From Styela clava (lineage: Eukaryota), in assembly GCF_964204865.1 (NCBI RefSeq), contig NC_135260.1:5642001-5706000 (forward strand): 64,000 bases of DNA, given 5' to 3'. The notes beneath the pieces are model-generated. The model was not told the DNA's origin, searched no databases, and saw nothing but the letters and a program-made list of their open reading frames with translations. A program made the translations under genes and the position numbers. Of the stretch, positions 39,235 to 51,730 are shown piece by piece; position 1 is the stretch's first letter, and every line of letters starts with the position of its first letter.

Positions 39235-42200
39235 CAGTGTTCACTATTAGCGCACTTTTTTGCGAAAATTGCGAAGCACTTTCGCAACTTTTTTTAGGGA
39301 CTGCGAAATAGCACTTTTTTCCGATTTTGAAGAGAAATAGCACTTTTTTTCAATTTTGAATGGAATAAAAATTCAAAGTTGACAAATATTTTTGTGTGCG
39401 TATCAAGTTGATAAATAAGTAACATACTAGTACTTTTGTAACTCAATTCTGCATATCATAACGATATTTACCGGAATTCTAACCTATGTGGTGAAGACAT
39501 GGAAGATAAAGCTTTTGCATTAATGGCAAAATTCTTGTTTATAATATGATTATTATACAAGCACACGGATTCCGCTTCGACCGCGAAAACATCGGCGGCG
39601 TCTTTGAAACCAGATGTCCGAATGCAAGGCAGTGCGTTTCTCTAAACGAGAGTGGTCATGTGACTGTCAATGACATCGATGAATTGTGACCAAAGTACAC
39701 GATTTTCTAGTACTGGTTTGACAGGTCTGTGTTCTCTTCTTAGTGAATTTACTGGAGCCATTCAGAAATTTCTGATACTCGACACGACATTGTTTAGTAA
39801 TGGAATGTAAACTTGGGCCATTGTTTTTTAAATTAGAAGAAACTTTTAGCAGCATCTCACAGATTTGCAAAATCGCCAAATTGACAAAATACATACGTCG
39901 TATTAACATTTAACAGCCATTTTATTGTAACCACGAATGTTAAAAGCAAATGGCGTTTCGCGGAATTTTGCGATATTCAGTATTAGCTAGTCTAGTCATT
40001 CACGATAAATCAAACTCAGGTCAAAAATCAATCTAAACTATTTCCTCATTAATATGCGAGTAGGGGTGGGCAAAATCGAATATTTTTTCGAATTGAATAT
40101 TTTTAACGAATAAGGAATATTTTTTATGCACAGCAGGAGTCTAGAACGTCGGTCGAAAAATTTGCAAGGAAGCCTTTTCTACTGGTTAATTTCGTTATAA
40201 TAGCTAATTGTTTTTGTCACCGCAATCGTTTTGGCGACTATATCCTGGGTTTGGCAATCCAGGCTTACGCGTGCGTTCACATCGGCAACAGCTGTTAAGG
40301 GCATTCACGACAAATTTCAAAACCAAAATAAACATTTGCGTTGACTTGATATTACCTATCAACGTTTGTAAATTTACTGTCCCAATTTTAAGCGAATGGT
40401 ATTATTATTATCGATGCCGGAATGCAGATATTTAAGAAGATAATTAACTTTTATAATTTTTTTATGGTGTCTGTATTAATTTACAGATAAACCTCGCAAA
40501 TCTGAGATTGTGCCAATCCTGAATGTTGATTTAAAATTGTGATTAAATAATTCGGCAATGAAGGCATTTCTGCGTGGCCATAAGACGAGATGACTTTAAT
40601 AAACAGCACTTCTTTAAGGATATTTTACATATGCGACTAATGCTAAAAACATTGGGCTCGAGTGCTCTGGCCTAATCAGGCGCTAATTGCAACTAATTCA
40701 ACTCAAGTTTCAACGACTTTTCTCGTCTTCACGATATGTTATCTTTTTTATTCGGTACTGATAATGATAAATAAAAAATGTGTAATTGTTGATTGCAATT
40801 CCGGAAAACGTATTTTCCTTCCTCACCATGAAACAATTTAACCGCGGTTAACCGCGCATTGGAAAGCAAAAAACAATTTATTAACATTACTTTACAATGA
40901 GTTACGGGTAAGAATTAACCAGACAGCTATCGCTAACATGTAGAAACAATAAATTTGAAACGATTTTGTATAAAGCGTGTCAACATCGTTTTTGTAAATT
41001 TAGAAACGTCGATAAGTAAAACAAGTAAATAATGTATTTTATGGAACTTTCATGAAATATTGGTGAGAAATATTATTTTGACCATGTCGAAATGCCATTA
41101 TTGCCGATTTATTCACGTGTTTAGTTACTATCAGTGTTTTAACCCAAAGCTGAGTTACGTAAATACTTAACACTGAGTACTCAAGAGATAACCAATTTGC
41201 GGAGATTTCAATTATTATTTTATCCGAAGGCGACAAAAAATTTACTGCAGCCTTCGATTATGACAAAATTATGAAATAATCATTGAATGGCAATAAAAAT
41301 TTAACTTCATTAACAATAATTTTCAAGTACATTTTCATGATTTTGATCGTCGCTACATGCGAGCCTGTTTTTGTACATATAAACCATGATGACACTACTG
41401 ACATCTGCGAGTTATAGATCTCTCCAAATTTAATTTTCGCGATTTTTAATGTTTCATTTCTAGATGCGGATGCCCGCTGACTACGGATAAAGGGTCGATG
41501 TTTAAAAATAGGACTTCGGACCGTTGGGCAAAGAAAGGCGGGCTACACGTCATTGCGAAATTTCGCCGTGAACGACCTTACATTTTAGCTATAAACGCAT
41601 TACGTCGTCGCGAATTGCAGTTTTGGTGTAATGTTTTAACTTCCCCCTAATCTCCCGTTGAAAAAATCCTGGCTGCGCCCCTGCCCGGTGATAATTCTAG
41701 CTAAAATGTTACAATTTTATTTACGGAATTTGCAAATTCACCGTTTTGATAATCACGCCCTAATTATTGGTGCAAAAATACTCAAAATATCACGAATTTA
41801 ATCATTTCCGATGTTAATAGGCGCAATTCATGATGGCGACAGTGTGCGTTATTACATCGAAATTCACGTTTGATTTTACGTTATACTCTTGTTCACGATT
41901 TCAACACTCCACCCGCCATGCATGGCTGAGTGAAAGGTTCAATTTTTCGAAACATTACTTGGCCAAGGATGGGAGGGATCACTAACGAGCTAATTGAAAG
42001 CGCATTAAAAGGATTATGACTTGTCATTTTTTTTCTGGTTATAGCCTGTACATGTTATACCATGTGTGGGCTCTCGGAACGTCAATTTAACTTTTAATTT
42101 TCGACAATCAATTGTATGTGCGGCTCCTACATGAAACGGCTAATTCATGCTGCCAATATACGGAGTTTGAAATCTGGGATTTTATTTCGAATAGTCTATT

Positions 42201-44651
42201 TATTTTGACTCTTCTAAAATTAGGAAGCTTTGTTAGTACCTTTTTTGGCGCAAAGTATGGAATTGAAACGATACGAATATTTTGCCCAGTCCTATAGGCG
42301 AGGTTATGATATTAACGCAGAGAATATTTGTAAGCATATCACTGGATGGAAGTATTTTGCACCGAGACTGTTTGCAGAAGTTGATTTATCGAATACACAG
42401 AAAGTATTTATTTATCATCTCACTTGCGAACATCGGGGTTTGGGCGGAATTATACGATTATGTTGTTGTTCTTAAATAATAACTTTTTCGATGAATGTTT
42501 ATTTTACTTTTGTGTATTAATTATGATATGTTGAGTTTTCGTTTATTTCAAATTCGAAATTGTCCGGAATACTCAAACAGGTGTAATAAGTGTAATATTG
42601 ATAGTATAGTGTAATCGAGTAACCAACTTAGAAGTCTTTAGAGATAACTAATGAACTTGATGTGTTACGGGTGTCGTAAACCCCGTTTTTTTTTTATTAA
42701 ATCCGATTGTTCTACCTTCCGCTTATAAAACAACATCGTTATACAGTCATCTAAGGTAACTCTCGCGACCAAATCTTTTTATTCTGTATGGCATCACCTT
42801 AGCGCCATTTATTACCGACTGAATTTTAATTGTGTTTTATGATAAGTTATTTTCTGTTAGTTGGCGCTGATAACGTCGCTAATTTCTGTATAAACATGGA
42901 AAATTTTAAATATGTTCCTTACGTCTCTGCTATAATTGACAAGCGATAGCACAAGATTCAGCAGCAAATGATAAGCAAAGCTATTTTATAATCATGGGTT
43001 GCTTAATAAAGATTTGCTAATTATGGCAGGATATAAAGAACATGGCCTGAAATATATAATTAACAGAATGATGTTTATTTTTCAGTCGACGAAAACCCTT
43101 AACAATAACAATTGCCGAAATCGCGAAAAAAATGAATACGGATTTTCGATTGTGATCAGATGACTGAGAGGGCACATGTTTTTTTCTCTGTTCAAAGCAG
43201 ATATAAAACGAATACCATGTTGCCGAAAAGCGGTTACGTGTTATCTTTCTTTAGCCAATCAAAATAGTGGTAATGGTATATACAAGAGGTTTCTAAACTT
43301 TACAAACTCGGAACGCAATTAATATTAAAATTACAAGTAATGGTGCATGGAAAAACGAATTTGATTTTATTGAAATTGAAACGCACACACATAAGAGTTT
43401 TACATTTCATGCACAACTAACCGATGCTACATGTGAGATTTGTGCACATGAACGATTATATATCGCGATTATTTATGTGAGAATGCGTACTTCTCTTTCA
43501 ACTTTAATTTCCAGGATTTCGGTGTTCACGTGGTCGACTAAAAAAGATTTATCAAATGGATTGGTATTTCGCGTCACACTCAAAATTATTTGGGAACCAC
43601 TATCATGTCACTCGTTTATTTTTTACATTCATGTTTTTTTCAAGAGTCACCCTGTTGTATTTCCTGTACCTTCGCAAAGGAAAACTCTTTGGTGTCATCA
43701 TTACTATTAGTGTAATTGAAAGTGGCGTTGAGATGCGAATATTTCATACTAGGTCTGCAGCATTAGAGAGAGCGTTATTTATAAATGCTGGAAGTACATG
43801 GCATTTCTAAAAAAAATTGCAAATATATGATGTTTTCTACCCGATTTGAACTGACTGGCACGCAATCCAATGCAAGTCGATATTTGAAAATTACACGTCT
43901 TAGCGGTCTTAGCGTAATCCCTGAGACAGTATAATATAAATTAGGCCAAGCTAGCTCATGAAAGGGATTTCAAAGTGATCTTGCGTAATATTTCGGAAAA
44001 AAAATCTTCGATAGAAAGTAGGTCACTCTATGTATAAAAACAGCGGTACTTTCATGGTGATCTTGCGTTATTTCCCAAAGAAAAACTGGCCGGAGAAACA
44101 TGACTTAACCAATCTCTTAAAAGGGAAGAGGGCGGACTACTTTCAAGCATATTCTTTCGGACGAGGAAGCGTGTTATACTAAAGCGATATTGGTGATGGG
44201 TCATGGGGATGTCATTTTGCCCGGGTTTTGTACAAATGATCCCCCTCCCTAGCTATGGCCAGTAGTAACTATTATCTGCATGTATCAATCGGTGTCTGTT
44301 AGATGGAAGAAACAAGTTTGCAAGGCTTGTCTGTTCAGGCGGGAGTGCGCTTCGTTACTGACGCTGGTGGTTGATTGCACGAAACTTTTATTCCCGACAA
44401 GTGTGCTTATCAGGTGTTCTTTGATGAATTCGCTTGTTTTTAACAAGGGTTTAAACGAAACTCCGTTAACGGAAAGACTTCAATTCACAATTTTAACGAA
44501 GGAGCGCTTTTTCGAGTATCTATGCTGTTTGAAATGAGTTTAAACGAAAGCTAGGGCACCTAACTAGTTAAAATCAGAAAAAGCTCTTTCGCACTTTTTT
44601 TTTCGACTGCGAAGCACTTTCGCACTCATAATTTCCTTAGAGTTAACACTG
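39235..44651. mobile_element. Large non-autonomous hAT-like element, 5417 bp
   Basis: TIRs cagtgttcact and agttaacactg, perfect 8-bp TSD atcctaag. The motif tgcgaagcactttcgca occurs near both ends. The interior is CpG-richer than the host DNA and has no long ORF. Confidence 0.8.
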
Positions 44652-44659
44652 ATCCTAAG

Positions 44660-44827
44660 TGATTCAAGAGTCTTGCTGCACACTAACACAAATATATTTC
44701 TGTAACGTTTCGTCTGACCAAGGTCAGACTTCTTCAGACATACATACGTACATACATACATAACCTTGGTCAGACGAAACGTTACAGAAATATATTTGTG
44801 TTAGTGTGCAGCAAGACTCTTGAATCA
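44660..44827. repeat. Perfect 65-bp inverted repeat with a 38-nt loop containing (CATA)n
   Basis: 44660-44724 is the exact reverse complement of 44763-44827. Confidence 0.95.
44700..44741 (-). ncRNA. Minimal type I hammerhead-ribozyme-like motif (Penelope/retrozyme type)
   Basis: Minus strand reads ugu-CUGAAGA-a-gucugacc-uu-ggucagac-GAAA-cgu-u-aca: both core boxes, a perfect stem II, palindromic AACGUU in place of stem III and a short stem I. Confidence 0.6.
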
Positions 44828-45235
44828 ATTATGAGATTATTTCTGTAATATTTCATCTGACCAAAGACAGACTTCCTCAGATAAGGAGTTTACTACAATT
44901 GGATTGCATAGTATAGTAATGTTCATTCCTTCTACAGCATCCTTGCATTATACGCATACAGATCCACAACCATAAAGGGCATAGAAGAAGGATTGGAGTT
45001 AGTCTCGCGTAACCAAGCACACAATTTACAAGATGTCACAATAATACAGAAATGACATTTTTGTAAGTTTCGTTTGACTAAAAATCTTTCATAAAACGGT
45101 TTTCAGCAATGTGGCTAAAGACCAAATCACTTAAACTTTGCGGTAGGTTTGACATCTCAAATGTTTTATTTTAAACTGGTCTACAAGAGTATTTTCTCAT
45201 TTCTGAACAGGACCCAGTCCTACAGTTGAGTAATC

Positions 45236-45446
45236 GGTAGTGGAGTAGTATATGCATCAGTTTAGGGTTAGGCCATAATTTTATTTCGATTTTCTTTATT
45301 TAAGTTCTAGTACAAGTTTGGGGACTGTCTGTTTTAGCCAAGTGAATATACTCCCTGCCTAAAAGTTTCAGTCCCTTTATACAACTTGATGTAAAGTTGG
45401 CGAACAAAATTAGTCCCTATATATTGGTACATATACTTGGAGCGCA
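45236..45446. mobile_element. Merlin-like MITE upstream of copy 8
   Basis: Same element and insertion site, gagtaatc on both sides. Confidence 0.7.
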
Positions 45447-45915
45447 GAGTAATCTATAGATATATCAATGAGTAAGTATATTACCAATTTCAAATCATAC
45501 CCATGAACCACTAGAAACTAATCTGTTTAAGGAATGTTTGTCCTATGAATCAAATGTAATAAATCGTACCAAAGAAATTATAACACTCCTATGCAAATGT
45601 CAAACAGTACAAAATGCCACGATAATACATCACACAAGAAAATTATCGCTATGTTGTAATGATATTTCGCCCACATAATTATAAAATAAATATAAGGCAG
45701 TAATCATTACGTAGTGGCAACATAAAAAGATGTTTAACAGTCACTGGTTCACATCAACGAGGAGAGATTCTGAATATAAATCAGAAGCTTGTTAAGTGCC
45801 GTGACAGGTCTTGTATTTTGTCAGTTGGATTTTGTCTTTATTTATGTCAGTACTGTGTAATGAATTGATTGATTGAAGAAACAAAGCAAAGCAAGTTGCT
45901 GAAGATAAACTCAAC

Positions 45916-48260
45916 ATGTGGAAACATTCAAATCTCTTCAATTGCAAATGGTTGTTTATGCAGATAATTAGTGAGATTTTACTTACTAAAACTAAAAGCT
46001 AAAAATGAACAAATAAATGTACATTTGTCAATTAAAAACATAATAGTCCAATGTATTCTCATATAAATTTATTCATACAATAAATATTTTAATATTAAAT
46101 TTTCACTAATATTATATCGCTCAATTGTTTGAAAACAAGAGAAATAGAGTTTTATACATTATAACTTTTAAATTCTGTAATAAGATATGGAATATATAAA
46201 TATATGTATAAGAGCATTTTGGCAATATAAGCCCGCAAAAAAATTTGGATTGTTGAAATTTTATTGTAAAACTTTTCATAGCACTCAGCATCAGTCTGAA
46301 TGAAGCATGGGGACCATGTGCTGATTGTCCCAATATCATACTTGGAATAGAGAGTAAGAATATCACATATGGACCAAGTAATGAATACAACTGCCAATGT
46401 GATTGGACAATACCAACAAGTATAGAGATAGATAATGAAACTGCAGTTGTTCTGTTGTTACAAAATGTTTCACTGCCGATCACAACTGGTACTGGAAGTA
46501 TAGACTGCTCTGGGTCAATCAGATTCCCAAGTAAGCGTATATTATACTATTTTACTATTACTATACTACCGTACAGCAACAATTAATAAAAACATCACTA
46601 AATACATAACTATATCAATACTTTTACAGGCACTAATTCTCATAAATGTGATTTTCCAAGCAACAACTGTCTTGCGTTTGCAACTTCATCAACCATTTGC
46701 AACATGAACAAAATCAGAGAAAATATTCCAGTTACAAATCACACCTGTGATTCAATCATTCCATGGAATAACGTTGCAAGAGGAAGCCCATACAAGATAC
46801 AATACTATGCAGGAAACCGTTATGGATACACAAAATACTTCACAATTCAATATCTTGTGATAGATTGTAGACCAACAACAACCCCACCAGAAGCAGGTAA
46901 GTCATATACTTCTTGGTTTGCACATCTACACCAACACATAATTGTTTAATTCTCATAATGAAGATAAATTTATTTTCAGCGACAACAATGCAACAGAAAC
47001 AAACAAAAAAGGTTCCATTAACACTTGGAAGAATTATATGTGAAACAACAACTTTTGAAACCACCAAAATTACTGGTATGAATGAATCAAGTAAGTTCAT
47101 AAGTTTGCTTGTACGTCATAATTTTATGTCGATTTTCCTTATTTTAGTTATATTACCAGTTCAGAGACTGTCTGTGTTAGCCAAGTGAATATAAATAACC
47201 CTGCCTATAGGCTTTTGTCCCTTGATGTAAAAGTAGGGGAAAAAGATTAGTTACCTCCATATTGGTACACATACTTCTGGAGTGCCGTTGTTTTAAGATC
47301 AAATTCCTTGGATTTGTAAATAATCCTGTGTGAGATGTTTGACAGTTCAATAAAGAGTTTCTCTCCAAGATTCTGTTTTTCCAAACACTAGTAGATACTT
47401 ACCCAGCAGTGGCTGGCTGATTGTGTGTTCAGAGCGTAAGGCAAATGATACGTCTTGAAAAGCTATTCCAGTTGTAAAAAATCACTAAAGCCAAACAATT
47501 CTTTTCTAGAAATGACTACAAACACAAAAGAAACTGCCAGTGATCAAAAAATGTATAGAAAACTCAGATTCTGCATCCCTAACAATGATTGCAGTAGGTA
47601 CATCATCAGGATTTATTGTAGGAATCATCATCGGAGTTTTGACAACTTGCTTGATTCAGAGGTAAACAAGACAATTTACTGTTTTGTAAAATTAAAATAT
47701 TTCAAGAGCAATAAACTATTTAGTTTAGCTTATTTGATGCTCAAAAACAAAAAAAAAACTTTTGGAAATGGCTGTTCTAAGTGCTAACTTAACCAATTCA
47801 TTATTACCAAAACTTTATTAAAACCATAAAAAAAATTTTTTTTGATGGAAGATCGTATTTTACACTCGTTTGATGGATAATCTGCTTGATAAATAATAAA
47901 AATCTTCAATTTGTATCATTTTATTCAATATTAGTGTAATGAAAATAATTACATTATAATCCAGTCAAATACAGTATAAAAGGCTGTCAATGCAAATGTC
48001 AGTGCACCGTAATCATATTATTAAAAGTTGTAAAAATTATTGTAATTTGTAGATTATTGAGAAAAAAGAAGCAGAAAAACCAAATGGAAATGCAGAGCAG
48101 TCAACATCATCAACATACCACCATGAAAAATGCAGAATATGAAAATCATGAACCAACTTCAAACGGAAACGGATACGAAGTTATAATTCCAGTTGATAAT
48201 AAGAATGAAAGACCATATGAAGAGATAATATGTGGGATGGAATCTGCATATGAAAAATAA
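45916..48260 (+). pseudogene. Copy 8: copy with the most divergent stalk and tail; apparent +1 frameshift before the TM
   Basis: Exons 45916-45970, 46282-46530, 46630-46896, 46980-47090, 47510-47661, 48053-48260. Exon 47510-47661 is 152 nt where 151 is needed. Removing one A from the A6 run at 47546-47551 restores the TM (LTMIAVGTSSGFIVGIIIGVLTTCLI) and the tail (YENH, YEVI, YEEI). Confidence 0.7.
47115..47286. mobile_element. Partial Merlin-like MITE in an intron of copy 8
   Basis: Matches the body and right TIR (...catacttctggagtgcc). Confidence 0.6.
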
Positions 48261-49587
48261 GAGAAGAAATAACCTCTATCAAAGCATTCTTCAGCTAATC
48301 ACATAAAGACAATAAAAATGATGTGACTTCATCAATTCGTCACTGAAAACTATATAAACAAACATGAACAAAGAAGTATAGTTCTCTTTCTCAAAATGAG
48401 CTATATTTGTTTACCTAGTTTGAGTTATACTGTTATTTTATCATTTATTTTTGTCAATCCATCATTTTCATAATGCAATATTGCATGTTAGTTACATCAT
48501 CATTCACCACAATATTCTTTCATAATGCGTTCATAATTCTTTCTTGCGTGGACGATATGGCTCAGCCAGTAAAACCCTTTTCCAGCCATTATGCTCTAAT
48601 GGGCTTCAGTACTCTTTGGTGTTGAATTCCGGGACTGGAAGTGTTTTAAAGCGCTCTTTAACTTTTTATTGCTTTATTATGTTGTCATGTAACATGAGAA
48701 ATAAGTTTAGACATGACGCTAAGTGTTAGTTATATGAATAGCATCGTTTTGAAAAGGACAAGTCAGTCGTGCATGAACTTGATGATGAAGCTGTGATTGT
48801 TTGGCTATGTGATAAACCCTAAAGCAGCAAGGAGTCCAGCAATCCTCTTGCAAATAATAATCTTCCTTAGAATTCGAACTTGCGATAATCAGAGGTGCAA
48901 ACATAATTTTAAAGCTTAGCTGACTCCCATTTCACACAAATATTACTATTACAGCATGAAAATGACAAATTTTACAAAAAGGAATAGTAGTTTCCAATAT
49001 TCCAACTGTACGAGTGTTATATAAATAAAGTACATATCAAATATAAGAAAAAGATTTTGCTTCATGGGGCTGAACAAGGCTTTGCACAATGTACTGCTGG
49101 GTTCGGTACTCACCGTAAGTGATTAGTTTACCTTTGACTGGCTAAGGTTGATCATGAATGAGTCATCTAGCATCGGCTTCTGCCACAATGGCTAATCAGT
49201 AAGATGTCATAGATAGGAGTTGTAACAATTAAAATTTTACCAGATGCTCACAACACTTTTATTATTCAGAAAAATTTTCAGACATGATCTTAAACATTAG
49301 TTTTCTAGGAATTTGCTAGCTATTTGTCAGTTTTTAGTTGTGTTTTCTAAAATTTAGGAATGAATCAAATATTTCAATAGAAAATTCGTCTTCTGAAGAG
49401 TTTAAGTTTAGTTGCATCAATCAAAAATCAATACTGTAAATCTGCAACAGGCAATATAACAAGCTAATATATAATAATATAACAAACACTCTCAATATCA
49501 GCATCAAACATTTTACAATGGTGAGGCTTAGAATATATTTTTTCTGAAGTCAAGGGTCAGGAAGACATCCATTTTATTTTTAAATTC

Positions 49588-49804
49588 GGCGCTCCAGAAG
49601 TATGTGTACCAATATGGAAGTAACTAATTTTGTTTACTTGATTTACATCAAGTTGTGTAAAGGGGCGGAAGCCTATGTCTATGAGCAGGGGTTATATTCA
49701 CTTGGCTAACACAAACAGTCCCTAAACTCGTAAAAGAACTATAAGGAAAATCGGAATAAAATTATGGCCTAACTATAACCTGGTATACATACTACGGGAG
49801 TACC
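49588..49804 (-). mobile_element. Independent, inverted copy of the Merlin-like MITE
   Basis: Runs ggcgctccagaagtatgtgtacc...catactacgggagtacc. No clear TSD. Confidence 0.7.
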
Positions 49805-50349
49805 GAGAAAAAGTTCGTATATTCAGAAAGATTGAATTATATTTGCAATATGGTAGGTTCATAGTGTTGGCGTTGTTATATTATATTCTTAACTTCATGC
49901 AATTATTATTAGAAAGTTGCCATGACATTATTATGATAATCAACCCACACCTCTCATCAAGGAAACAATAAAAAAAAGCCAAAATAAAATAATGAAAGGA
50001 ATCCAAATAATGATAATCAACCCACACTTCCATCAAGGAAATGATCAAGAAAAGCCAAAAAAAAATCATAAAAAGAAACGACTCAGACTTGAACTGAGAC
50101 TCATGCCTCTATTCATGCCATTGATTGATTAGTACATTGATGTAACAAGAATAATGAGCAAAACAAGAGTTGAATATAACAGATAGAATGCATATCCTTT
50201 TATAATATACAGTTAGTGGAAGCTACACGAACGCCTGAATGACACAACTGTCAACATATGATAAAGGAAATTAAAATTACTATAATGTACACAATGTGAT
50301 AAGGAAATGACAGACCTATATTCAATTAACTACAGACAACAGTTTACAG

Positions 50350-51710
50350 TATGCTGCCCACCTTTTATGTCAGTGTAATATTATATTAAACAATTGATAT
50401 ATTACAGATTTTAGTATCCTTGATTAGTATCCTTGAAAGAGAACGAAAGCTCAGCTGATATAAACCTAGAATACAAGTAATAGATTTCAGTAAAAAAGGT
50501 TGAGGTGAATTCTTGAAAATTGACGTTACTCGTGTAATATAGTGTACAGTGTATTATGTATATTATCCCGCCTTGGTAAATATTTCTAATAGTCTAACAG
50601 ATTTATTAAAGATTTTGGATCCTTGAGAGAGACCTAAAGATTAGCAGATATAAACTTAAAAAGTGAGAGCTTAAAATAAAATGTTTTTGTAAGGAAGGTA
50701 AAAGTAAATTCTTGACAGTGACGTTACTTGTGTTTTAGGTGGGGAATCCCGCCTTGGTTAAATAATTCCATCGGTTTAACAGATATATCGAAGATCTAAG
50801 ATTCTTAAAAGGGATCTAAAGATCAGCAGAAATAAACTTGGAATCTTAGAGCTCAAAATAAAAGATTTCAGTAAAGAAGGTTAAGGTAAATTCTTGACAG
50901 TGACTTAACTAATTTGTTTTAAAGTGTGACCCTGCCTTGATTCAATATCTCAGTCGATAAATTTAAGGTTTTTCGACAGTTAATAAATTAAAAGTTTCAG
51001 ATCCTTAAAAGGCAGATTGAGCGCAGTAGATATAAAGTTATAATGTAATGTTCCAAATTATAATATCCTAGCAAAGAAAGCTGAAGGTTTCTTGACAGTG
51101 GCATTACTCACTTGCATTATACACAACCACCTTTTATGTCAGTGAGATATCATATTGAACATATGTTATATTGTTATATTACAGATTTTGGTATCTTTGA
51201 AAGAGACCTAAAGATCAGCAGATATGAACTTAGAATGCAAGATCTCAAAATAAAAGATTTCAGTAAAGAAGGTTAATAAGGTAAATGCTTGACAGTGACG
51301 TTACAAGTGTATTAGCATGGGGATCCCGCCTTGGTTAAATATTACTAACAATCTAACAAATATATTGAATATTTTAGATTCTTGAAAGAAACCTAAAGTT
51401 CAGTAGAAACAAACTTAGAATCTTAAAGCTCAAAATAGAAGACTCGTAAAGAAGATAAGGGGTAGATTCTTGACTTTACTCACTTGCATTGAACTGTGAC
51501 CATGTCTTGGTTCATTATCTCTGACAGTTGATAAAATGAAGATTTTTGGTTATTTGAAAGTTAGCTCAAGCTCAGTAGAAATATATTTAGAATGTAACAT
51601 CTTGAAATAAAATATTTTTGTAAAGAAGACTGAGGTAAATTCTTGGAAGTGACATTACTCATCTGCATTACAGTCTGGACTCCATCTTAGATTTAAAATC
51701 TCTACCTAGG
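50350..51710. repeat. Degenerate tandem repeat, ~185-bp period, about 7 units
   Basis: Recurring atccttgaaagagacctaaagatcagcagatataaactt...aaggtaaattcttgacagtgac near 50428, 50619, 50801, 51001, 51193, 51378 and 51551. Confidence 0.8.
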
Positions 51711-51730
51711 AGACTTCAGAGAAAATAGAT

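Noticed and set aside
39235-44651. Autonomous transposase gene
   Set aside because: No listed ORF exceeds about 85 aa and I see no BED finger, DDE or hAT dimerisation motif.
49933-50070. Two-copy ~77-bp direct repeat (atgataatcaacccacac...)
   Set aside because: Simple local duplication with no sign of function.
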